Origin: Bacillota bacterium | GTDB taxonomy: Bacteria > Bacillota > JAAYKD01 | Assembly: GCA_963666425.2 (NCBI GenBank) | Contig: OY762825.2 | Location: 1,376,001-1,440,000, forward strand | Length of the DNA: 64,000 nucleotides | Direction: 5' to 3' | Part shown: positions 51,939-60,360 of the stretch, in pieces | Numbering within the stretch: the stretch's first letter is position 1 | Layout of the letters: every line of letters begins with the position of its first letter | Notes under the pieces: generated by a model | Told to the model about the DNA's origin: nothing | What the model saw: the letters and a program-made list of their open reading frames with translations, nothing else | Databases searched by the model: none | Position numbers and translations under genes: made by a program

Positions 51939-52124
51939 GCTAATCCCTCCACTTTAAAATTCTCTTTCTTACTTTGCTTTTCACCCCATGATTTCCTGCC
52001 GCTCGTGGCAGCAGATTCTGATTTTTTACGTGACACGAAAGAGCGACAGGCAGGTTTTTCCGGCAGAATGCCGAAATAAACAACAAATTGGAGCGCAGAT
52101 TAAAAAAAGAGGAGTGAATTTTTC

Positions 52125-52634
52125 ATGCCGGATCAGAAAAAATTAGAGATCAGCCCTGAAATTGAACAAGCCTGGACCCAGGATGTGCGGCTGGCGGTGC
52201 GGCGCTTATCGCTTTTTTACCATGCCATGACCACTAACCTGATTGCCGAATTTAGCGAAGCGGAAGCCAAACGCCTGACCGAGAAAATTGTTTGGGACTA
52301 CGGCACCCTCTGCGGCGAAGCCACTCGCGACGCCGTGCTCGCCCAAGGCAAACCCTTGAGCTACAAAAATTTCCGCTCCATCCCCGACTTGCCGAGCAAA
52401 GGCTGGGAAAGCGGCATGACCACGGGAGCGGATGGCAAAGCGCAGCCCTGTGTTGCTTACTGCCCCATTGCCGATGTTTTCTCGCAGTACAACACGCCCC
52501 TGGCCCGCTCCTACTGCCTGGTAGACCCGGCCAAATATGAAGGTTACGATCCCACGCATACCATGAAGCACACCAAACACGTGATGGACGGCGACGGCTG
52601 CTGCGTGATTGAAGTGGCGGAGAAAGTGAAATAA
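52125..52634 (+). CDS. L-2-amino-thiazoline-4-carboxylate (ATC) hydrolase-like family protein
   Basis: YCPIA...YC.VD.A...G...GDGCC pattern. Confidence 0.75.
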   Translation: MPDQKKLEISPEIEQAWTQDVRLAVRRLSLFYHAMTTNLIAEFSEAEAKRLTEKIVWDYGTLCGEATRDAVLAQGKPLSYKNFRSIPDLPSKGWESGMTTGADGKAQPCVAYCPIADVFSQYNTPLARSYCLVDPAKYEGYDPTHTMKHTKHVMDGDGCCVIEVAEKVK

Positions 52635-52660
52635 AAAGACCAAAGCTGATATGTGGTAAG

Positions 52661-52711
52661 CAATAGAAAAGGTCGGTCCCCCCCTTAACGGAGTGGCCGA
52701 CCTTTTCTATT
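52661..52711. terminator. Bidirectional terminator
   Basis: AATAGAAAAGGTCGG...CCGACCTTTTCTATT. Confidence 0.8.
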
Positions 52712-52840
52712 AATATGCCAAAATAGTCATTCAGTTTTGCCAGTTTCCGTCAGTTCAGCTGCCACCTGACGTTTTCCCGTTTATCTGAGAAATTATCTAC
52801 ACTGCGTTCTTTGGCATACCTTGGTTCTGAGCGCGCGACA

Positions 52841-54736
52841 TTATTTTAATTTTGCAACATCTTTTCTGGTGTGATCGCCGCTTTCCGGCCATTCGTTATA
52901 TAAAGCGTCGACATGCTGCGCCAGCTGCTGCTTTTTTGCCAGCAATTCATTCATTTTTGAGAAATCCGCCCTCGTTAAATCCGCTTCGATAGCCGCGTCG
53001 ATTTTACCAAGCTCCGCTTCCGCCTCAAGAATTTGCTGCTCGATGCTAATCTCCTTTGCTTTTGAGGATGTTGCTTTCTCTCTGTTTTTTATTGTGGGCT
53101 GAGGGCTGCTTTTCTTTGGTGCTGTTTCTGCAGCCTTGTCTTGACGAACAGCTACAAGATAAGCCTCAAAGCCGCAGTCATACGGGGTGATCGTGCCATT
53201 TTCCATATTCCAGACTTTCTCCGTGAATTTGTTGAGAAAATATCTGTCATGGGAAACAAAAAGCATTGTCCCCTCAAAATCGGCGAGCGCAGTTTCGATC
53301 CATTCCCTGGAAGCGATATCCAGATGATTGGTTGGCTCATCCAACAGCAGAAAATTGATATTTTTCTGCATCATCAAACAAAGTTTTAATCTGCTTTTTT
53401 CTCCGCCGGAAAGAACACTGACTTTTTTGACGACATCGGCCGCGGAAAAATGAAACTTTGCCAGTATGCTGCGGGAATTTTCCTCAGACCGGTTGGTCTC
53501 GGAGCGAAAAAGCTCCAAAATTGTAGCATTGTCATCCTCAAAGCGGATGATTTGCGGCAGATAACCGATTTTAACATTGCTGCTGATGCTGATTTCACCG
53601 CTGTCAAGCGCTTCTTCCCCCATCAGCATTTTTAAGAGCGTGGACTTACCGCAGCCATTGGCTCCCACAAAGGCGATTCGCTCATTGCGGAGGATTTTCA
53701 AATTCAGATTATGCAGAAGAACTTTCTCACCGTAACGCTTGCCTACCAAAGCAAACGACACGATTTCTTTTGACGCATAACCGCCGCTGTCAAACCCTGC
53801 CGCCAGCTTTCTTGCCGTGACAGGCTTTGCGACCTTATCCATTTGTTCAATCCGTTTTTCCATGGCCAGGGCGCGCTTCGCCAGGCTGGAGTTATTCTTA
53901 TTGATATCTGCCCAAATGCGCTGCCTTTTTACCGCTTCCTCCAGCTGGCTGATTTTATGTTGTTGTTGTTTATATTGTTCTGCCTGGGTCAGGTAACGTT
54001 GCTGACGCTCTTCCAGATAATACGAATAATTTCCCGCATAGAAGTTTGCCTTGCCATCCTCAATTTCGATGATTCGCGTCACCACACGGTCGAGAAAGAC
54101 CCGGTCATGCGATACGACAACCACCGTGCCGGGGAAGTTATGCAGAAAGTCTTCCAGCCATTGCAGGGAAGCCAAATCGAGATGATTGGTTGGCTCATCC
54201 AGCAGGAGAATATCGCACTCGCGCAGCAGAATACGCGCCAGGTTCACTCTTGACTTCTCACCGCCGCTTAATTGCTCGAAAAGGCTCTGGCGCACCTTTG
54301 AATCGATTTGCATACCGGCACAGATTTTATCGATCCTGACCTCGGTTTCATAGCCGCCGAGCTGTTCGTAGCGCTCCATCAGCCGCCCATAACGAGCGAG
54401 GATGGCAGGGGTGGCATCCCCCTCGATTGCTTTCATCGCTTGAAAAACTTCGGTGATTTCCGCAAACGACGAGCGCAAAATATCCTCCGCTGTCTCGTTT
54501 GCACCAAAGACAGGAATTTGTGCCAGCATTTCGATCTTTTTACCCGTTGCTTTGGCGATGCTTCCGCTCTCAAAGGGTTCTTCACCGGTGATTGTTTTAA
54601 ACAGCGTTGTTTTACCCGAACCGTTTTTACCCAACAGTCCGACTTTCTCACCGCTGTAAACTTCAAACGAAATGCCCTTCAGCACTTGATTTGCACCGTA
54701 ATATTTATTCAACTCATTCATTGCAATCTCAATCAT
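52841..54736 (-). CDS. ABC-F family translation factor / ribosomal protection-like protein
   Basis: Two NBDs (GKNGSGKT, GANGCGKS, LSGGE x2, DEPTNHLD x2), no TM segments, C-terminal coiled coil. ATG 54736 follows AAGGAG. Confidence 0.93.
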   Translation of the reverse strand: MIEIAMNELNKYYGANQVLKGISFEVYSGEKVGLLGKNGSGKTTLFKTITGEEPFESGSIAKATGKKIEMLAQIPVFGANETAEDILRSSFAEITEVFQAMKAIEGDATPAILARYGRLMERYEQLGGYETEVRIDKICAGMQIDSKVRQSLFEQLSGGEKSRVNLARILLRECDILLLDEPTNHLDLASLQWLEDFLHNFPGTVVVVSHDRVFLDRVVTRIIEIEDGKANFYAGNYSYYLEERQQRYLTQAEQYKQQQHKISQLEEAVKRQRIWADINKNNSSLAKRALAMEKRIEQMDKVAKPVTARKLAAGFDSGGYASKEIVSFALVGKRYGEKVLLHNLNLKILRNERIAFVGANGCGKSTLLKMLMGEEALDSGEISISSNVKIGYLPQIIRFEDDNATILELFRSETNRSEENSRSILAKFHFSAADVVKKVSVLSGGEKSRLKLCLMMQKNINFLLLDEPTNHLDIASREWIETALADFEGTMLFVSHDRYFLNKFTEKVWNMENGTITPYDCGFEAYLVAVRQDKAAETAPKKSSPQPTIKNREKATSSKAKEISIEQQILEAEAELGKIDAAIEADLTRADFSKMNELLAKKQQLAQHVDALYNEWPESGDHTRKDVAKLK

Positions 54737-54761
54737 GATTAAAACTCCTTTATCGTTGGAC

Positions 54762-54800
54762 ATAAAAATACCCTGAGCAGACCGCTTTGACTGCACAGGG
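54762..54800 (-). terminator. Attenuator terminator in the ABC-F leader
   Basis: CCCTGTGCAG...CTGCTCAGGG-TATTTTT between the uORF stop and the ABC-F SD. Confidence 0.7.
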
Positions 54801-54824
54801 CCGACCAAACATAAAGAAGCGAAT

Positions 54825-55046
54825 TTAGGCCGCTATCTTATGTGGTGACAGGCATTCAAAACAATCTTTACCTTCAAAAAAGGCAGACTTCTCCCCTCTA
54901 ATGGCAAAACCCATTGCAAGGCGATGGTTTGCTCTTGCCAAAAGGGCATAGTGATCCCATCTGCCGATTGTTTTGAATGAATATCTACGCACGATGTCAC
55001 TGCCCGGAAAAAGCTCCTTCGCACGTAAAAATCTAGATTGCTTCAT
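54825..55046 (-). CDS. Putative 73-aa leader peptide of the ABC-F gene
   Basis: ATG follows GGGTGGTGA and sits just downstream of the promoter; the ORF ends just before the terminator. Confidence 0.55.
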   Translation of the reverse strand: MKQSRFLRAKELFPGSDIVRRYSFKTIGRWDHYALLARANHRLAMGFAIRGEKSAFFEGKDCFECLSPHKIAA

Positions 55047-55081
55047 GCTGATCACCACCCTTCAATTCCATAATAAATAAT

Positions 55082-55110
55082 AGTATACCCTCTTTTTCCG
55101 AACGAGTCAA
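55082..55110 (-). promoter_or_regulatory. SigmaA promoter of the leader/ABC-F transcript
   Basis: TTGACT-17 bp-TATACT. Confidence 0.75.
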
Positions 55111-55280
55111 GAATATAAAAATTATAGGGAACGACTTCAGTGCGTCACCTTTATGAGAGCGGGCGCACAACGAACCGTTCGGGGATGACATTTTCGCACT
55201 CAATGCTTCCCTTTTTCTCAGCAATTTTTAAGGTATTGGTGTCAAAACTCAATAGGACTTTACAGGATTCTTCTGGTTAT

Positions 55281-56555
55281 TCAATCCTTCAAGCATCCAA
55301 TCGGAACTACATACACCCCATCTGCGCGACGAAATGCAAAATCGCCTGTCCCAGTCAGTATCATCAAGAAGGAAGGTTCTTTCATTTTTTTCGTATCGAT
55401 CAACCTTTGAATTTTTTTTAATGTCGTCACTCCATACTCAATAGCGCTGTCTCCTCCCAGTTTGATCTCAACCAACCCATAGGACCCGTTTCTTAAATGC
55501 ACAACGGCATCGCATTCCAAACCATTCTTGTCACGGTAATGGTAAACAGATCCATCCAATGCATCCGCAAATACACGTAAATCTCGAATACACAAATTTT
55601 CAAACAGCAAGCCGAATGTATTCAAATCATTAATCAAATCGTTCTGTCCCAACCCCAGTGCTGCAGCGCCAATTGACGGATCGGTAAAATACCTGGTATC
55701 GGCTGTCCTGATTGCTGTTTTTGAGCGAAGATTCGGATTCCACGCAGGCATGTCCTCCACTACAAAAATCTTCTTTAAGGCATTCTGATAGGAATATGCT
55801 GTTGCATTAGAAAACTCAGTGCCCTCATTTGCGGCCATGTCTTCACAAATTCCTGTAATAGGCGTTTGTGTACCGAGATAGCGAGAAGAGGAGCGTATAA
55901 AACGCTTGACCCGTTCTGGGTTTTTGACAACACCATCCGCTCTGTTAATATCAGAACGAACAACTGCTTCATAATAGTCTATTGCCTGGGATAGCGCAAT
56001 ATCCTCTTCCATTTCACATGCTCTCGGCCAGCCACCCCGACAAGTTAGAAATGCGATGTCTTGTAGCGTCAACTTGTTTCTACCAATTATTTCATCAGGT
56101 GCTTGAAACAATTCTCTTAGGCTGACTTCTCCCGTAGATTCACCGGATTCATAAAGGCTCATAGGCCGCATCAAAAGCCAGGAGAATCTTCCAGTTCCGG
56201 TGTGATGAATTAAATCTGTATCAACCGGTGTAGCAGAACCTGTTAATATGAATTGCCCCATCTCATCACGGTGGTCGACCGTAAATCTGATTGCATCCCA
56301 CAGTTTAGGAGCAAGCTGCCATTCGTCAATCAATCTAGGAGAATTGCCTTCCAGCAAAAGTGCCGGATTGATATCGGCTAATTGCAGGTTTTGTTTTTCG
56401 GTTTTCGGATCATCCATATACAGGATACTTTTCGCCACCTGCTCTGCCGTTGTTGTTTTCCCACACCATTTAGGACCTTCTATCAGTACGGCCCCTTTCT
56501 CTCTTAATTTTTTATACAGAATCCGGTCAACAATTCTGGCTTTGTATTGTTTCAT
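55281..56555 (-). CDS. AAA_14 ATPase with DUF4143 (C-terminal PD-(D/E)XK-like) domain
   Basis: EGPKWCGKTT, LIDEWQ, FILTGS, GGWP, FENL, ECDAV...EIK. ATG 56555 follows GGAGG. Confidence 0.88.
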   Translation of the reverse strand: MKQYKARIVDRILYKKLREKGAVLIEGPKWCGKTTTAEQVAKSILYMDDPKTEKQNLQLADINPALLLEGNSPRLIDEWQLAPKLWDAIRFTVDHRDEMGQFILTGSATPVDTDLIHHTGTGRFSWLLMRPMSLYESGESTGEVSLRELFQAPDEIIGRNKLTLQDIAFLTCRGGWPRACEMEEDIALSQAIDYYEAVVRSDINRADGVVKNPERVKRFIRSSSRYLGTQTPITGICEDMAANEGTEFSNATAYSYQNALKKIFVVEDMPAWNPNLRSKTAIRTADTRYFTDPSIGAAALGLGQNDLINDLNTFGLLFENLCIRDLRVFADALDGSVYHYRDKNGLECDAVVHLRNGSYGLVEIKLGGDSAIEYGVTTLKKIQRLIDTKKMKEPSFLMILTGTGDFAFRRADGVYVVPIGCLKD

Positions 56556-56628
56556 TGCAACCTCCGAATAATTATGTGATGATGCAACTATTATACACTC
56601 TATGGGAAAAAGAATCAACGACATTTAG

Positions 56629-56707
56629 ATAGTTGGCGCATATTTACTTTGATAGTTGGCGATTAATCACTTGTATAGTTGGCGCATATTTACTTTGATA
56701 GTTGGCG
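56629..56707. repeat. Tandem repeat, 23-bp period, four copies of ATAGTTGGCG
   Basis: Cores start at 56629, 56652, 56675 and 56698. Units 1 and 3 are identical (ATAGTTGGCGCATATTTACTTTG). Confidence 0.95.
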
Positions 56708-56870
56708 TACAGCTTTTATGGTGAGCGAGCAACAGACATACAGACTACATCATAGAAAGCAAAAAACGGAAACGGGATTGTCAATACAATGACGATCTCT
56801 TTTTTTTTATTCATTTTACTTATAGCTTACCGTAGGCAAATGATCCGGCAGCGAACCTACCATAAATGTG

Positions 56871-58343
56871 TTAACGCACACTCACTACTGGTTTTATCAC
56901 GAATCCCCTAATAATTTTTGTAATGAGAGCATTTGGTTGTTGGTCCTCATCACCGCAGAGGATATCAAAGACCCGTTCTAAGACTTTCTTTTGTTCAACA
57001 GTAATGTTTGTTTGCAGATTCAATGCCTTGTATTTTGTCCTTGACTGCTGTGCACCAATGAGTATGTCAAGAGCCGCCACCAGTTCCGTGTGGTTTACTT
57101 GCTCCGTTTCAGCTTTATTCATCAATGTTACCTCAGGCATAACAACAGCGATTGTAGATTCGATATCAGGCTTAGTTTCGTTTTGAGCGAACTCAATGAT
57201 CCTCTGCGCCTTTTTATCTGAACTTCTTTGATTGGAGGTTTTCCTTATTTCGGAAGTTATATCGTCCGCCCAAGTCCGCAGTTCAATAATCATCGCTGAG
57301 TAGGCCGCATTTTTCTCCATCTCGTCCCGTCGTGCATTGGGTATCAACTTGTCAGATAGAATGTGAAGTTCACCAAGCAGCCACCCGTTAAACCGCTCAT
57401 CTTTGAACACGTGATTCAAAGTGGTTCTGTCCCCAATAAGAATATTGCCTTTTCTCACACGAAGTCCTTTGATTGCCTCGTCTTGCAAGGTGCCATAAAA
57501 ACTCGTTCTCGCATACCAAAGGTAAGCTACAGTTTCACCTTCATAGCTGAAAACCTTTGTTTCAACTTCAGAGATGTTATCTTCGAGTTTTCTGAGACGG
57601 TCTGAAATTACGGTGTCATGATATGCTTTCAAAATAGGGGCGCTTGTATTGCCATCGCCCACAAAAATATTATAACTTGATGGGTTGAAGCCATAAACTT
57701 TCAATTTTGATTTGATAATCTTACCCCAACCAAAATCTCTATCGAAATCAACCGGTGCAACTTGCTCAAGGTATTCCCGAACTTTGTCCACATCCAATAT
57801 GTCGTCAGTGCCTCCGACCCCTGTCATTATGACACTGAAGTAGTGTTTTGTCCGTGCCTCTTGTTCGACTTTGATCGTCACCACGTCTGAGATAAGCGAG
57901 ATCAGGTCAATATCAATATTTTCGTTGAGCATTCGCTCGCAAAGGGTTTGGGCATCAAATTCAATAACCGTCCGCTTGTCTTCGCCGACAGCGGAGGTCT
58001 CGAAAATCAATGTGTTGCAATATGCCAATCCTGCCAAGCGCCCAATTCCTCGAAAGCCTCGCGCATTTGTAAATCTTTTTGGAGAACGGCCAATATCCAA
58101 CAGATACTTGACAGCGTAATCAACACCTATACCAGTGCCGTTATCGGATATCCGTATAGACCGTCCCTCTTTGTCAATCTTGAGGTTGATTCGAGTCTCG
58201 GCCGCTTTTATCAGATTTGAAGACACGGCAATGTCAATAGAATCGACAGCGTTCTGAATGTATTCGCGGTATATGTCTTTCGGACTCTCATACATTCCCG
58301 ATGTTAGGGTTTCGAGTGTGAATTTTCCTATCGTGATTTCCAC
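56871..58343 (-). CDS. GHKL ATPase (Hsp90/MORC-like HATPase plus S5-like domain)
   Basis: REYIQNAVDS, ISDNGTGI, GRSPK, RGFRGIGRL, GELHI...PNARRD. GTG 58343 follows AAGGAGG. Confidence 0.85.
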   Translation of the reverse strand: MEITIGKFTLETLTSGMYESPKDIYREYIQNAVDSIDIAVSSNLIKAAETRINLKIDKEGRSIRISDNGTGIGVDYAVKYLLDIGRSPKRFTNARGFRGIGRLAGLAYCNTLIFETSAVGEDKRTVIEFDAQTLCERMLNENIDIDLISLISDVVTIKVEQEARTKHYFSVIMTGVGGTDDILDVDKVREYLEQVAPVDFDRDFGWGKIIKSKLKVYGFNPSSYNIFVGDGNTSAPILKAYHDTVISDRLRKLEDNISEVETKVFSYEGETVAYLWYARTSFYGTLQDEAIKGLRVRKGNILIGDRTTLNHVFKDERFNGWLLGELHILSDKLIPNARRDEMEKNAAYSAMIIELRTWADDITSEIRKTSNQRSSDKKAQRIIEFAQNETKPDIESTIAVVMPEVTLMNKAETEQVNHTELVAALDILIGAQQSRTKYKALNLQTNITVEQKKVLERVFDILCGDEDQQPNALITKIIRGFVIKPVVSVR

Positions 58344-58344
58344 T

Positions 58345-60357
58345 TTATTTGACCTCCTTACGGTAAATTTTCTGCAGCAGGACAATAATTTCTTCGATTT
58401 TATCGAGTATAACCTCACCTGCAATTTCATCTGCGTTTTGCTCTCGCAAGGCTTCCCTCAGTTGCTTTGACTTATGGTATAGGCGATCTTCAATTTTCTT
58501 TTCATCGCATTCAAGGCCTAACCTGAGTATATTCTTCAACTCTGTATCTGAGATTGCGTTAGCTGTTCGATATCGCAAGGCAATATCCAAACTGCGGGTG
58601 TCCAGAACTACCTTTTTCAAATCTTTTTGAGCCTTATACAAAGCATCGAAGACATTCGTGGTAAAGTATGGCTCCTCTATAAAGGCACGAATAACATCGG
58701 TGATAAAAACCGTTCCTTGGAGTGTAAGCATTCCCTTGAGGCAAGAAAACCGAGTATGCTCCGAGCGAATTACATACCTTAGAAGTTCAATATATAACAT
58801 AGGTAACTCAACTTTAACGTATATGAGCATCTCGATACCCAACGTCTCAATGTTTCGCAGAATACTAAGATACGAAAGGTTGTGAATGAACATCTTACGG
58901 AGCGTCGAAGTATTTGCCCGTTCGTAGTTATCCATTGAGAAGGAATTATCTTTAATGAGTTCCAAATAGTTTATGTAATCGTCACCCAGAGAACGGTAAA
59001 GTCTTATCCACTCGTCAATTCGGCCATGATTGACCTCCCAATGGGCGTAGCGTTTCTTTCTGTCTTCATTAGATTCGTTGATGCGCTCCACAAAGTGTCC
59101 GCGAAGGCCCAGAAGGTCTTCCGGCATAGCTAGATTTTCAATGAATTCTTCGGCAGTTGTGCCAAAATCTGCTTCAAAGAACGAGCGGGTGGATACGCCT
59201 TTTCCTTGCGTTGGAATCAGCATCCGCTGCACGGCACGGAGGTATTTTTTATTCCAGTGCGTACCGACAAAAGATCTATCTGTAGCGTTAAGCGGTATAT
59301 ATTTCATCGGGAAAGAGAATATATGCACCTTCCCGCTGCTTCCATATTTAGCGTTTAGTTCGTCGCAGAAATCCATTGAAATTTTCATGCGGTTAAATAA
59401 ATCCTGCGGTGTATCAGCATGGTAATACTGACCCTTGCCCGTAAAATCTTCCCCATTATAAAGGATATAGTTCGATAAATACTTTATACCGTTCTTGGCA
59501 CAGAGTTCCAATGCTCTTTTATACTGCTTCTCGTCTTCAATATGATCAAACGCTATCCGGGCAGGGCTAATCGCCAACTCACCGAGCCGCTGTGCTTTAT
59601 GCTCGTTCAACAGTTTGGCATCCAACCCTTGGTTAAAGTCAATGTAACGTTGAAGAGGTTTCCCAGTGTGCGTGCTTGGATAGGTACAACCTTTTCCGAA
59701 GCCTAATTCTTTCAGTTCGTCAACAATGCGGTCGAACTGATTTGAGCGTAGTACATTATTGTCCATCAAAAGCAAATTGCGTTTTGCACCGAAAAGACTA
59801 TCCACCTCAGCGATTTGCTCGCGAATTGAGATATATGGCACATACTCAGGCTCAAGGGTCTGCACGGCACAGAACTGGCACTTCATTCCGCAACCGCGTG
59901 TCATATAAAGAAAATAAGCATCAGTTGCCGGGTACTTATAATCGACATCGTCAAGAATGTCATAGTCTGGAGTCAGGCGGTCGATGCAACTTTCATCGCG
60001 CAAGCCAAAGGTACCATTGCGATTTAATAAACCCTTAATAAGGTTAATCTTCGGAAAAGTCTCCATAAACAGTTCAGGCATAAGGGTGGCCATAATACCG
60101 CCAACGAAAACCATATGCCTATCCTTAACGACAGCAAAAGCATATTCAATGCTCTTTTTGGTTTCTTTCCATTCAAAGGTAAACAGCGTCGAAACATAGA
60201 CCCTGTCCCATCTTTTTTCTGCCAGTTCATCTGGTAGTTTTCCTTTAGCGAATACTACACAGTCACCTAATCGTTTGTGGAAAGTTGATATCTTCATTAA
60301 CCCCAAAGGCGGATATTTATTTGCGTAATTTGGCTCTATCAGTAGAATGTCCTCCAT
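58345..60357 (-). CDS. Radical SAM protein with N-terminal B12-binding-like domain and C-terminal helical extension
   Basis: ILLIEP...YPPLGLMKIS, VGGIMATL, TRGCGMKCQFC, MDNN, DFNQGLDA, RIAFD. Confidence 0.88.
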   Translation of the reverse strand: MEDILLIEPNYANKYPPLGLMKISTFHKRLGDCVVFAKGKLPDELAEKRWDRVYVSTLFTFEWKETKKSIEYAFAVVKDRHMVFVGGIMATLMPELFMETFPKINLIKGLLNRNGTFGLRDESCIDRLTPDYDILDDVDYKYPATDAYFLYMTRGCGMKCQFCAVQTLEPEYVPYISIREQIAEVDSLFGAKRNLLLMDNNVLRSNQFDRIVDELKELGFGKGCTYPSTHTGKPLQRYIDFNQGLDAKLLNEHKAQRLGELAISPARIAFDHIEDEKQYKRALELCAKNGIKYLSNYILYNGEDFTGKGQYYHADTPQDLFNRMKISMDFCDELNAKYGSSGKVHIFSFPMKYIPLNATDRSFVGTHWNKKYLRAVQRMLIPTQGKGVSTRSFFEADFGTTAEEFIENLAMPEDLLGLRGHFVERINESNEDRKKRYAHWEVNHGRIDEWIRLYRSLGDDYINYLELIKDNSFSMDNYERANTSTLRKMFIHNLSYLSILRNIETLGIEMLIYVKVELPMLYIELLRYVIRSEHTRFSCLKGMLTLQGTVFITDVIRAFIEEPYFTTNVFDALYKAQKDLKKVVLDTRSLDIALRYRTANAISDTELKNILRLGLECDEKKIEDRLYHKSKQLREALREQNADEIAGEVILDKIEEIIVLLQKIYRKEVK

Positions 60358-60360
60358 TCA

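Noticed and set aside
55140-55280. Short open frame (EESCKVLLSFDTNTLKIAEKK...) at the island edge
   Set aside because: No start or SD and no recognisable similarity; it could be a gene relic but cannot be supported.
56629-56707. Possible mini-CRISPR array
   Set aside because: The 10-bp core and 13-bp spacers are far too short, one spacer repeats, and there are no cas genes.
56871-58343. Annotation as housekeeping HtpG or MutL
   Set aside because: It is shorter, lacks their characteristic middle and C-terminal motifs, and sits in an island operon.
58344-58430. N-terminal extension of the GHKL ATPase
   Set aside because: It overlaps the radical SAM gene; SD AAGGAGG supports GTG 58343.
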